Positions 1 to 9,483 of a DNA stretch of 64,000 bases are shown here, in pieces. Numbering within the stretch: the stretch's first letter is position 1; each line of letters starts with the position of its first letter. The DNA comes from a virus (taxonomy: Duplodnaviria > Caudoviricetes). A program made the position numbers and the translations under genes. The notes under the pieces are model-generated. The model worked only from the letters and a program-made list of their open reading frames with translations. It did no database searches and was not told where the DNA came from. The stretch is taken from IMG/VR virus record IMGVR_UViG_3300028549_001457, positions 214,786 to 278,785 of that record. One strand, 5' to 3'.

Positions 1-204
1 CGACGAATCACCGCGTCACTTTTTGTGAGTGCCGCTACAAACGAATATTGGGGCTTCAACAACGAGGGGAACCTCTGTCGTATGGTTGGCGATGGTGCAG
101 ATGGCGCATTTGCTGATGGTACTATTGATGCTTTTGACCCTAAGATCCACTCCGACCTTGCAAGTGCCTACAGCATGGGTCGCCTTGAAGCTTCTCTATA
201 CTAA
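1..204 (+). CDS. 3' end of an upstream gene (partial, hypothetical)
   Basis: Frame 1 is open from base 1 to TAA 202-204 (RRITASLFVSAATNEYWGFNNEG...EASLY*), followed by RBS AGGAAGG of the next gene. More plausible than the overlapping 29..241 ORF. Confidence 0.6.
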   Translation, partial: RRITASLFVSAATNEYWGFNNEGNLCRMVGDGADGAFADGTIDAFDPKIHSDLASAYSMGRLEASLY

Positions 205-237
205 TCCTTTAAATAGACACTTTAGGAAGGTCCCCCC

Positions 238-3200
238 ATGAGTAAAACAGAAGTAGTTCTCGCTTTTTCCCAACTTCCTGAGGACTGCCAGAACCCATTC
301 AAGAGCCTCTACCCTGAGATTGTCCCTGAGACCCCTGTAGCTATTGTTATAGACCCAGAAGGTCGATCTCTTGACTTTACCGTGGGTGCTCGTGAAATGA
401 CCTTCGGCCCTTCAAATGAGAACTACTCAGTATTCTTACAGGGTTGCTATAGGATGCTATTTTCAGCAGCCCAAAAACAGGGTTGGATGAATCAGTTTCC
501 CACAGACGGTCCAGCAGCTACGGTTGCTGAAGAGGCCGCTCCCGTGGTAGCGTCCTCCCCTGCTCCACCAGCCCCTAAGCAGGCTTCTAATGTCGATATG
601 GAAGCTAGGGTTGCCGCTCTGACAGCCAAACTTGCGAGTCTACCTAAGAGTCCCGAGGTAGAATCTATGAAGGCTAAACTAGCCTCTGTGTCAGGTAAGG
701 TTAAAACTGCCTCCTCTGACCCCAGCCCCAAACCAGAGGACAAACTGTATGTTCGCCCTCTTGATTTTGTTAATACGCTACGAGATGACTGGAACTCCTG
801 GGCCGATGAGCATGGTGGGCAGGAGTCTATGAATAAGCAGGGGGGAATTGATATCCTCGCAAAACATCAGGCTTCCAAGGAAGCCTCTGAGCAATTTGGG
901 TTTACCCATGAAGCTTCTGCCCCTTGGGTAAACCCTAAGGGTCTACTAGTAGCTGATGATAGCAAGCTGGTAGCACAACTTCGAGTCAGGACCGCTGGCC
1001 TTACCACAGACTCCAACGTTAACGGTGAGGCTCAGCTAATGGGGACTACCGAAAATCCCGTGCAAGATGTCGCAAACGGGTCCGTAAAGGAGGTGGCTAC
1101 CGCGAAGTCTGCGAGTAGCCTGGACTTTCGACCTGACGTCACTACTTCTTCGGTAAAAAAAGCATACTCACCCGTAATAGCTCAGGCTGTCAATAAGTAT
1201 GTTGCTGAACATGCTGGGTCCGAGGTTACTCTCCCCGAGTTAAAACAGCAGGTTAAAAGCATTACGTCCTCCTGGAAGGAAATGCTACACTACATGCAGG
1301 ATTTCAGTCTCTTAAAGGCTGTTGGAACTGATAGGGTTGTTATTCTTAATCGTGACTTGGTGGCCGACTTACAAGTTCTTCCCACTAAAATGGCCGCTGC
1401 CAAGACCGCAGAGAGTTTTTATGCTAGAGTTTGGGTCAAACCGGATGGATCTCTTGTTGAAGTTAAAGGTTCTGTTAATGATGGGGTTTATCATTCCACC
1501 GTTGCCTTAGAACAGGGGTTTAATACTCAGGAAGATGCTTTTCTGGCTGGCTGGGTTAGGGCTGGATTCGTGTTTGGAACCAATGGATACATGGAGTTTA
1601 ATGCAGATAAACTGCGTGATGCTCAAGTTCATGCGCTTCAAACTCATTTTAGTTTGAATGGTGCCACTGAGGTGACATTAGAAGACTACAGAGGTGGGAC
1701 TTCTAGTGTATACATTAAGGATTTCTATGAAATGAATGCACAAGCCTGTGTTAAGGAAGTTACCCGAAGAAATGCGTATGCGTCCGTGAAAAAAGCCCGT
1801 AACTGTAATGCCGAGCCTGTCACGACTACATTTGGAACTTTCCCAATTCGTATAGATTGTCCCGCTGGGTGCAAGGTCTCAGGGGTAGACCCCCAGGGGA
1901 ATGCCTGGGAGAGCATTCAGAGTGTTGATTATGGTGAGATCATCGATACCGTTGGTGGAGACGGTGAAGCCATTGACGTCTTCCTAGGGCCTGATACTAA
2001 CGCACCATGGGTATTTATTGTAAACCAGACTAAATATGATGATTCCCAGGATAAGGTTGTCCCCGATGAAATTAAAGTTGGGTTAGGCTTCTGGTCATTA
2101 GAAGATGCTAGGGATGCCTATTTAAGCATGTTTGAGAATGGATGGACTAACTATGACTCAAACATAGTCACTACCTCCACTGATTCACTGCGTGAGTGGC
2201 TTGAGTCTACCCATGGGGCTAAGAATGTAACTGCGGATGACTTTACGCTTACCACAGGAACCCCTGAAGTAGTTCAACCAACTCCTGTTGTGGCTCCGGA
2301 AGTTTTCAGAAGTATCAGCAATGCCCCTATTACTTCTTACGTGGCCTCCGTTGATCATGACATCCCTGCACCTCATCAGGCTGATGTTCTCACCATGTTC
2401 CAAGACCCCTCTGTTAGGCCCATGGATGCTACTTCGGCTAAGGTTGCCACCTTGTTTGCTAAACAGACTGTGGATCATACCAGAGGTCATCAGGCCAGTT
2501 TTGATGCCCATACTCGCGCCTCAATTGAATCTGCTGTTAAGGTTTCCGTGGAGTCTCATAAGGCTAATTTGACTCCTGCTCGGACTTCTTCTAGTCGGAT
2601 TGCTGAGATTATTACCGCTGAACTCAATCTAGGGTATAGCCCTGAAGAGTGCGATCATAGGGCTTCTTTGGTGAGCTACTTTGGGTCCGATCAAAAGACC
2701 TTTAGGCGCACCCTGGCTAAATTGGCTGGTATTGCAGGGAATCTGGTGTTGCAGCCTAACTTCATTAAGAATTCCTGCACGGTTACCCATGCCGCTTTAA
2801 ATGGTCAGCATAAAGCTACTAGGTCCAAGACCCCCTATCATGCAGTGGCTTCTACATCTGCTTGCGCTGGATGCACCAATTATAAGTGCAATTCACAAGG
2901 TGTTAAACATTGTGCTCTTTACAGTAAGCCCATAGTTGCGTCTGTTGAAGAAATGCATAAATTAGCCAATTCTGTCTGGGGTGTTTCCCAGGAAGCTATG
3001 ACTCCTACTGGATTGAGTAAGAGGGCCGCTGCACACCTTGCGTCAAAGAATTCTACGGCTTCCAAGTCTCCACTCCCCACTATAACGGCTGCAGTTGATT
3101 TTGGGGATGGGGCAGAGAGTCGCCCAAGCCCTTCTTTGAAGGCATCGATTCCAACAGCTTCAGTAGCACCCAAGACATATATTGTAGCGGCTTTATCACA

Positions 3201-4167
3201 GGGTCAGACCCCCGCTAGAATTGCCGAAATCCTAGACAGATCTACTGTCCATAGTGCTTCGTTTAAGGAAGCTGCCATGGCTGAGTTGAACGCTCAGAAG
3301 GGTCTAATGGGCTTCCTAACTGTTATGCCTCATTTTGCTGGGTCGTGCAGTGTCACTCATGGGAAACATTTTGCGGCAAATGCTAAGGATAAACGCAAGT
3401 TTCCATTCCATTCTGTAACCAAGATTGCTGCTTGCTCAAAGTGTCAGAATTGCGTTAAGAATGTCTCCGGTGGGGAGCGTTGCTCTCTTTATGGAAAACC
3501 TTTGGTATCCACCCTAGCTGATATGAAGCTGGTTGCAGCGACTGCCTTCCCTGCAATGATTCCCAAGTTGGCCGCTGCCACTAAGGAAGATTTAGCCAAG
3601 GAAGCTCTTCCGTATCTAGCTCAGAGTATTGGTGTCTCCGAGGATCACCCCTCCCTCAAGGCTTTTAACATGCCTTCTGAAAAGGTTGAACCAGAGGAAA
3701 CGGAACTAGAGAATGCTGCGGTAGAAACTGAGAAGGATGTTGTTGAGGGCACTTCCAAGAATGTAATGGATATTGCAATGGAAGCCTCCAAACCTAAGAC
3801 TCAGGATCTCGAAGCCATTACAACCAAGATTAAGGAAGCTTTCGTAGCTAAGAAGACCCCACAGCAAGTCTATGACAGTATGAAGATAGCTTTCAGAGCT
3901 GCCGATAGGCCTCAACTGCAACGTTTAGTTAGTAGAATTGCTGGGCAGACCAATCTAACTCAGAGTCAATCATCTGCAAATGGTGAAGTCTATACCGAAA
4001 TAACTACAAATGACAATGTTTTTGGTGATACCCTTAAGCAATTAGCCGAAGAGCAAATAGCTAAAGAACAGCCCACCTTGACTGATGGGATCGTAGATAT
4101 CAATGAAATGTCGGTTCAGTCAGATACCCCTGAAGAATTCGGCATCCTGCAAGATTACATTAGGTAG
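238..4167 (+). CDS. Large polyvalent, probably virion-associated protein: WxxPDG...GWVR domain, inorganic-pyrophosphatase-like (InPase) domain, two Cys-rich repeats
   Basis: 1309 aa, RBS AGGAAGG. The segment IRIDCPAG..SGVDPQGNAW..DYGEI..GGDGEAIDVFLGP..DEIKVGLGF..ARDAYL (nt ~1813-2145) resembles the InPase domain of phage polyvalent proteins. Duplicated Cys-rich unit at ~2620-2955 and ~3190-3525. Confidence 0.65.
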   Translation: MSKTEVVLAFSQLPEDCQNPFKSLYPEIVPETPVAIVIDPEGRSLDFTVGAREMTFGPSNENYSVFLQGCYRMLFSAAQKQGWMNQFPTDGPAATVAEEAAPVVASSPAPPAPKQASNVDMEARVAALTAKLASLPKSPEVESMKAKLASVSGKVKTASSDPSPKPEDKLYVRPLDFVNTLRDDWNSWADEHGGQESMNKQGGIDILAKHQASKEASEQFGFTHEASAPWVNPKGLLVADDSKLVAQLRVRTAGLTTDSNVNGEAQLMGTTENPVQDVANGSVKEVATAKSASSLDFRPDVTTSSVKKAYSPVIAQAVNKYVAEHAGSEVTLPELKQQVKSITSSWKEMLHYMQDFSLLKAVGTDRVVILNRDLVADLQVLPTKMAAAKTAESFYARVWVKPDGSLVEVKGSVNDGVYHSTVALEQGFNTQEDAFLAGWVRAGFVFGTNGYMEFNADKLRDAQVHALQTHFSLNGATEVTLEDYRGGTSSVYIKDFYEMNAQACVKEVTRRNAYASVKKARNCNAEPVTTTFGTFPIRIDCPAGCKVSGVDPQGNAWESIQSVDYGEIIDTVGGDGEAIDVFLGPDTNAPWVFIVNQTKYDDSQDKVVPDEIKVGLGFWSLEDARDAYLSMFENGWTNYDSNIVTTSTDSLREWLESTHGAKNVTADDFTLTTGTPEVVQPTPVVAPEVFRSISNAPITSYVASVDHDIPAPHQADVLTMFQDPSVRPMDATSAKVATLFAKQTVDHTRGHQASFDAHTRASIESAVKVSVESHKANLTPARTSSSRIAEIITAELNLGYSPEECDHRASLVSYFGSDQKTFRRTLAKLAGIAGNLVLQPNFIKNSCTVTHAALNGQHKATRSKTPYHAVASTSACAGCTNYKCNSQGVKHCALYSKPIVASVEEMHKLANSVWGVSQEAMTPTGLSKRAAAHLASKNSTASKSPLPTITAAVDFGDGAESRPSPSLKASIPTASVAPKTYIVAALSQGQTPARIAEILDRSTVHSASFKEAAMAELNAQKGLMGFLTVMPHFAGSCSVTHGKHFAANAKDKRKFPFHSVTKIAACSKCQNCVKNVSGGERCSLYGKPLVSTLADMKLVAATAFPAMIPKLAAATKEDLAKEALPYLAQSIGVSEDHPSLKAFNMPSEKVEPEETELENAAVETEKDVVEGTSKNVMDIAMEASKPKTQDLEAITTKIKEAFVAKKTPQQVYDSMKIAFRAADRPQLQRLVSRIAGQTNLTQSQSSANGEVYTEITTNDNVFGDTLKQLAEEQIAKEQPTLTDGIVDINEMSVQSDTPEEFGILQDYIR

Positions 4168-4185
4168 CCCTCCGTAAGGACTCAA

Positions 4186-4905
4186 ATGGATGACCCGGCT
4201 CTTCCTCAATCGTCTCTCTCTAGAGTGCTGCCATTAGCTTTAAACGGCCCCTCTAGAGAGAGCTATTCTTCTGCCCCAGGAGTTTCTTTATCTGGGATAC
4301 CCCCAGCTTCCTCACAACCCCCCGAGGTTCATACAAAGTATGCCCTTCCGGATATTGTTGGGTTCCAAGCGTTATTAGATGACCCGAGTGCTGATATCAA
4401 GGATCTCCATGCTCAGTTAACTCGAATGATGGGGGTAATGGCCCTCATTCTAATGCAAGAAGCTGCTGCTAAGGCCCCGTCTTTTAATAGAGCCCAGACG
4501 GGATCCAGAGCGGTGGAAGCTCTTCGCGCTCTATCCATGACGCTGCAAGAGCGTGAAAAATCCCTCTATAAAGATCGGCTCGACTTTGATAGCCCTCGCT
4601 TGCAAGCCTTTATTGATGCTCTTTGGGACCTCATTGAGAATGTCATGAAGGATTGTGGTTTCTCGGAAGATCAAGTTAATAATTTCTTTCTCGTTCTGCA
4701 AAGTAGACTACCTGCATTTGAAGAGAAACAAAAGAAGTTTGTTAACTCAGTTTCTTTTAATGCTTCAAAACACGGTGCGGGTATTGAGCGTTCGGAAGAT
4801 GCAAATCTCATGAATAAAAAACGCGAAAAGGCTATTAAGCATGAAGACCTTGAAGGCGTTGCCATTAAGATTCCGCCCCTCCCCACCGCCGATGATCACG
4901 CCTAG
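4186..4905 (+). CDS. Helical hypothetical protein; positional candidate for terminase small subunit
   Basis: 239 aa, RBS AAGGA, two genes upstream of terL. No diagnostic motif. Confidence 0.3.
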   Translation: MDDPALPQSSLSRVLPLALNGPSRESYSSAPGVSLSGIPPASSQPPEVHTKYALPDIVGFQALLDDPSADIKDLHAQLTRMMGVMALILMQEAAAKAPSFNRAQTGSRAVEALRALSMTLQEREKSLYKDRLDFDSPRLQAFIDALWDLIENVMKDCGFSEDQVNNFFLVLQSRLPAFEEKQKKFVNSVSFNASKHGAGIERSEDANLMNKKREKAIKHEDLEGVAIKIPPLPTADDHA

Positions 4906-4914
4906 GTAAAGTGT

Positions 4915-5592
4915 ATGTTAAGAGTGTCTCGCCTGTTTTTAGCTGATTCTAACCCAAGATATAAGTATCCTAGAACGTTTCATATTCCGGGGAGCCCTGG
5001 GGCTACCTCAGATGATAAAATATTAAGTAGTATGGATCATTTTAAAGGACAAGAGGTCGTAATAACTGAGAAAATGGATGGGGAAAATACAACCATTTAC
5101 CCTGACTATTTGCATTCTCGATCACTAGATAGTAATAACCATCCCTCAAGGAATTGGGTGAAACGACTCCAGAGTGAGATTGGTTATAAGATACCTGATG
5201 GAATGCGGATCTGTGGGGAGAATGTTTTCGCCCAGCATTCACTCGGGTATGATAAGCTTCCCAGTTATTTCTTAGTGTTTAGTGTATGGGAGGGAGATAC
5301 GTGTTTGTCCTGGGATGACACGGTTCTAATTTGCAATGAACTCAATTTAAAAACAGTTCCAATTCTCTATAAAGGACCCTTTGTGGAGGATAACCTAGAG
5401 AAGAAATTTTTCTCGGGGACCTCTTCTTTTGGGGGTGGGCAGGAGGGTTTTGTAGTTAGGTTGGCTAGGGCGTTTAACCGTGCGGAATTCTCAAAAGCAC
5501 TCGCTAAATGGGTGCGGCCAAATCATGTCCAAACTGAGACACACTGGACACAACAGCCAATAGTTCCTAATAAGCTAGAAGAGGGGGACTAG
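4915..5592 (+). CDS. ATP-dependent RNA ligase (Rnl2-like family)
   Basis: KYPRTFHIPGSPG start, motif I ITEKMDGEN, ICGENVFAQHS, EGFVVR, KWVRPNHVQT. Confidence 0.85.
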   Translation: MLRVSRLFLADSNPRYKYPRTFHIPGSPGATSDDKILSSMDHFKGQEVVITEKMDGENTTIYPDYLHSRSLDSNNHPSRNWVKRLQSEIGYKIPDGMRICGENVFAQHSLGYDKLPSYFLVFSVWEGDTCLSWDDTVLICNELNLKTVPILYKGPFVEDNLEKKFFSGTSSFGGGQEGFVVRLARAFNRAEFSKALAKWVRPNHVQTETHWTQQPIVPNKLEEGD

Positions 5593-5597
5593 GTTTT

Positions 5598-5608
5598 CCT
5601 TTTAGTGA
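5598..5608 (+). promoter_or_regulatory. Putative late-promoter motif YCTTTTRGTRR (also 23128, 25690, 28050, 31430)
   Basis: Five intergenic copies, 10-45 nt upstream of starts in the late region. Confidence 0.5.
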
Positions 5609-5639
5609 TGCCCCTGGAGCATCCAAATGGAGTTCATAA

Positions 5640-8600
5640 ATGTCTTTACTTGCTAATTCACTAAATAAGCGTGTTAAGCGTAATCTGGTTTCAATTTTAG
5701 ACTTTGCAGAAGCAGCGTGGGGGCCTCAAATTGAGCTAACCCCGGCACAAAGATTCTCGGTCAAGTTAATTTATAAGATACCCTTGGATGACAAGGCAAA
5801 AGTCATCCGAGTATGGGATAAGTTCAAAGAGAACTTGCTCTACACCCTTACTGAGACTGAATATCGAAAATATTTAAACGAAGAAGTTGGTAGATTAAAT
5901 CTCACCCATGATATGGCTCACATAGAGGGTAACTTCAGCACTTTCATTCGCTGTTGGGGCAGGAGGTCGGGCAAAACGTGCCTACATTCCACGCTAATTA
6001 ATACACACGATAATGGACTAGTTAAAATAAGTGATCTTTGGCCTCTAGAGGATAAGGTTAAGGATAACTATATGCCTCTAATTTCCCCGACTTTTGTCAT
6101 GACTGATCGAGGATGGAAACAGGCTACTGAGATTTACTACGGAGGGGTTAAGAAACTCTTAAAACTGAAGCTAAGCAACGGAATCTCAGTGGAGCCTTCC
6201 CCAGAACATAAATTCAGGACCCTTGATCTTGAAGGGGCCTATGTCTGGAAATTGGCTGGGGATTTCGTGGTGGGGGATACGTTTTGTTTACTGGCTGAAA
6301 CACCTATAAGTGAAGCTCCCACTTCTAAGGACACACTAGAATCAGCTCTTTTCCTTGGGATGCTCTATGGGGATGGTTGGTGGGGTGATGAGTATTCCCT
6401 GGGTTTATGCAGTCATAAATCTGAGTGGGGGTTGGTTAACTTTGTGGATAGTTTTTTAACAACGCATGAACTTTCTCACCGTAAAAGTGTCTACACAACA
6501 AATAGCAACGTATGGGCTTGGACTATCCATGCATCTTCAGGAAGACCCTTCAAAAGGACGTGGGGTCTCACGTCATACCAGGAGAGTCAAAAAAGAGTTT
6601 CTGAAAAAATATTGGCCTTTCCCCCTGAAGCCCGTAAAGCCTTCCTCTCAGGATTGCTTGCAACAGATGGGCATGTAACTAAAGATTTAGGTCATTTTGA
6701 AATTACCCTAAAGCCTAAAGGCCTCATCGAGGATATTCAGCAGTTATTTCTCTCATTAGGTGTGCATTCAACCATCCACCAGAAAGTTGTAAAGCCTAAG
6801 CCAGGGAACCAGGGTGGAACCTATTGGAAACTTACCACGGTAGGCGCAAACACAAATAAGCTTCTGGACATCTTTAAGTATTGCCCACTAAAGCGTAAGA
6901 CAGAAGAGCTATTGACCAAGCAAGCCAAGCATTCTTATAAGTCTTCTTTCGGCGCTTACGACAATCTGCTGCCTAGATTCGAACGTATTTTCTCACAGCA
7001 TTCCTTCGGCTATCACACTGATCGCACCAAGTCATTTAAAATCACCCCTAAGGGCTTCAATGATTACTATGCCTATTATCAAAAATATCTTGAAGTCTAT
7101 GCTCATGCACATACACTGAGTGCTAGTGACCTCCTTCATTTCCAAAAAGCTAATAACCGCAGAACTACAGGGCTTGAGATTGGCAGAGCTATTTCTAAGG
7201 CTATTGCTGATTATAGGAAGGATTCTCAAGACTCTCAGATTGGACAATCACTTCCTTCACCGGAGTTTACTAAAGAACTGGAAGAACTTAAGTGGATTTT
7301 TGATACAATAATCCCGCTTGAGATTGTCTCCATTGAAGAGTCCGAGGGAGAAGTTTACGACTTACATGTTCCTGATGGGAACACCTACCTAGCAAATGGT
7401 ATAGTTTCTCATAATTCTGAGATCACCGCATTGGATATGGCATATGGGATCTACTTACTCCTTGAGAAGTATAACCCCCATGATTATTACCATATGCCAC
7501 CCAACACCGAAATCTTTATCCCTGTGCTGGGAACCTCTCAGGATTCATCTAAACGAACTTTCCGCAAAGTTCGCAATATGTTGTCAAGCTCTGGATACTT
7601 CACAAACTACTGCAACAAAGAAGATCTGCAGGAACTATTCTGTAAAATATACACACCGTTCCAGCGTGAGCAAAATGCACAGTTCCCGTCTATTATTGTT
7701 CAAGCGTTCCCTCTATCTGAATCCCAGGTTCGTGGCCCTGCATCTTACAGGTCTGTTTGCGATGAGATCGCTCACTGGCCGCATAGGGGTGCGGTATCAG
7801 ATCTAGAGGTGCTGAAGGCTATTGAACCTTCGTTAGCCACATTTAAAACTTCAGAAGACTCCCACTCTGAAGCTATGATTTTCCTGATCTCTAACGCGGG
7901 GGTGCGCTCGGGCCAGTTCTTTGAAATGATTGAAAAGGCTAAAAAAGAGGGGGATAATGCATCAGCCATTGTGTATCAGGCACCTACCTGCGAATTAAAC
8001 CCTACACGAATTAGTTCTCATGAACTTTTAGCTTACTTCAATAGGTATGGTGACACCGCTTACCGTACCGAGTATCAGTCTGAATTTGTGGATTCGATCT
8101 CTCAGTGGCTCTCCATGGAAGAGTTAAATGAGATGTTCAATCAATCCAGATCCAATAATACTATTAGACAGAATAACCCCACACTTGCATACCAGTATTT
8201 CCCTAAAGCTATCTGGCCTCAATACTTTTATGGTTTCGACTTGGGGTTGAAGAATGACGCTGCTGCGGTAGCTATTTGCCATTGGGAAACTAATGAGTTG
8301 CTGGCAACCCGTAAATTGGTCTTTGATTATGTAGATCGTAGAAAAGCTGGAGAAGGCCAGTATGCACATAAGAAAGAGCTAACCGGGGATGATATCGTTG
8401 AATGGCTCTACCAGTTATCTCAAGTATACCCCATTGCAGATGGTGTTTATGACCAATGGTCTGGGACTCTTTTTGGGCAAATGTTAGCCAAAAAGGGCAT
8501 TAAGGGCCTTAGAATGGAATCTTTCACTGAGTCAACCAATTCCCTCGTATACCTATCCTTTCGTGCATTATCATTAAATCAAGAGCTAAATATCCCCACG

Positions 8601-8933
8601 CTTAACAATAAAGATCTTGAGAACGAAATTCAGCTTCTGCAATGTGAGTTGCGTCCTGGGAATCGAATTAAGGTTGAGGCCCCCCACGGAGACGAATACC
8701 ACGATGATAGAGCTGACGCTATCGCAAGAGCTTGCTGGGTGGCCATGGGCTTCCTAGAGTCACGAGGGTCAGGAAAGGCTCCAGCTCAGCAGGTAACTCG
8801 TATGGGGACCGTCTCGGGTAACCCTGGGTATATGACCGACAGGGGTGCAGTTTCTCGCTACCGAGCAAGTGCCGCTAGTGACCCTAGATCCTTTGCTCGG
8901 ATGATGGCTATCAAGCAGAGTAAGAAGAGATAA
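5640..8933 (+). CDS. terL: Terminase large subunit, intein-containing
   Basis: Walker A GRRSGK(T/S) interrupted by an intein, Walker B VCDEIAHW, nuclease motifs YGFDLG, YDQWS, HDDRADA. Upstream of the portal gene. Confidence 0.9.
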   Translation: MSLLANSLNKRVKRNLVSILDFAEAAWGPQIELTPAQRFSVKLIYKIPLDDKAKVIRVWDKFKENLLYTLTETEYRKYLNEEVGRLNLTHDMAHIEGNFSTFIRCWGRRSGKTCLHSTLINTHDNGLVKISDLWPLEDKVKDNYMPLISPTFVMTDRGWKQATEIYYGGVKKLLKLKLSNGISVEPSPEHKFRTLDLEGAYVWKLAGDFVVGDTFCLLAETPISEAPTSKDTLESALFLGMLYGDGWWGDEYSLGLCSHKSEWGLVNFVDSFLTTHELSHRKSVYTTNSNVWAWTIHASSGRPFKRTWGLTSYQESQKRVSEKILAFPPEARKAFLSGLLATDGHVTKDLGHFEITLKPKGLIEDIQQLFLSLGVHSTIHQKVVKPKPGNQGGTYWKLTTVGANTNKLLDIFKYCPLKRKTEELLTKQAKHSYKSSFGAYDNLLPRFERIFSQHSFGYHTDRTKSFKITPKGFNDYYAYYQKYLEVYAHAHTLSASDLLHFQKANNRRTTGLEIGRAISKAIADYRKDSQDSQIGQSLPSPEFTKELEELKWIFDTIIPLEIVSIEESEGEVYDLHVPDGNTYLANGIVSHNSEITALDMAYGIYLLLEKYNPHDYYHMPPNTEIFIPVLGTSQDSSKRTFRKVRNMLSSSGYFTNYCNKEDLQELFCKIYTPFQREQNAQFPSIIVQAFPLSESQVRGPASYRSVCDEIAHWPHRGAVSDLEVLKAIEPSLATFKTSEDSHSEAMIFLISNAGVRSGQFFEMIEKAKKEGDNASAIVYQAPTCELNPTRISSHELLAYFNRYGDTAYRTEYQSEFVDSISQWLSMEELNEMFNQSRSNNTIRQNNPTLAYQYFPKAIWPQYFYGFDLGLKNDAAAVAICHWETNELLATRKLVFDYVDRRKAGEGQYAHKKELTGDDIVEWLYQLSQVYPIADGVYDQWSGTLFGQMLAKKGIKGLRMESFTESTNSLVYLSFRALSLNQELNIPTLNNKDLENEIQLLQCELRPGNRIKVEAPHGDEYHDDRADAIARACWVAMGFLESRGSGKAPAQQVTRMGTVSGNPGYMTDRGAVSRYRASAASDPRSFARMMAIKQSKKR
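5976..7415 (+). mobile_element. Intein with LAGLIDADG homing endonuclease in the TerL P-loop (~480 aa; starts at 5976 Thr or 5979 Cys)
   Basis: (T)CLHSTLINT..., block B SPEH, LAGLIDADG blocks FLGMLYGDG and FLSGLLATDG, block F VYDLHV, block G GIVSHN followed by +1 Ser. Confidence 0.92.
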
Positions 8934-8935
8934 TC

Positions 8936-9433
8936 ATGGCGAACTGTGTGGCTGGGGGCACGTATATCATAACAGAGTCAGGATTCCATAAATTGAAGGA
9001 TCTTTGGCCAGAGGAACTTCCGCTTATTCCTGACACACTCCACACATTTCCCAAGCCTGTTAAAATAGCGACTGATTTGGGGCCTGGGGACGCTACCGAA
9101 ATGTACTATGGAGGTCCCAGAAAAGTTCTTGTTATAAGCTTTTCAAGTGGGATAACTCTGTCCATGACGCCAGAGCACATCCTGAAAGTACCTTCTATTA
9201 CAGAGGACCTCCATGAGGTTGCTGTCTGGAAGTATGGGTGTGACTTAAGGGAGGGCGATCAGGTTTACTGGGTTGGGTTGTATGATCTTAGCCAGGAAAA
9301 TACTGATGAAATGTATCTTGTTGACCATACTTCAATTGTATCTATTTCAGATGGCCTAGAGGATGTTTACGACATTAGAGTCCCAATAATTTGCACATAT
9401 ATAACCAATGGGGTTGTCTCTCATAACAGCTAA
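8936..9433 (+). CDS. Free-standing mini-intein (Hint domain) with 3-aa N-extein (MAN) and 1-aa C-extein (S)
   Basis: MAN|CVAGGTYIITESG...TPEH...VYDIRV...GVVSHN|S-stop. The intein part is 8945-9427 (161 aa). No endonuclease domain. Confidence 0.88.
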   Translation: MANCVAGGTYIITESGFHKLKDLWPEELPLIPDTLHTFPKPVKIATDLGPGDATEMYYGGPRKVLVISFSSGITLSMTPEHILKVPSITEDLHEVAVWKYGCDLREGDQVYWVGLYDLSQENTDEMYLVDHTSIVSISDGLEDVYDIRVPIICTYITNGVVSHNS

Positions 9434-9483
9434 CCCCCAAAGTCACTTTAATTGGACTCTGATATATTTTAGAGGTAGCATAC

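Noticed and set aside
29-241. ORF-track 70-aa protein
   Set aside because: It is a shadow of the frame-1 partial gene (1-204), which has better composition and leaves room for the RBS of 238.
5976-7415. Class 3 intein
   Set aside because: It lacks the block B Trp and block F Cys signature; block F has Asp.
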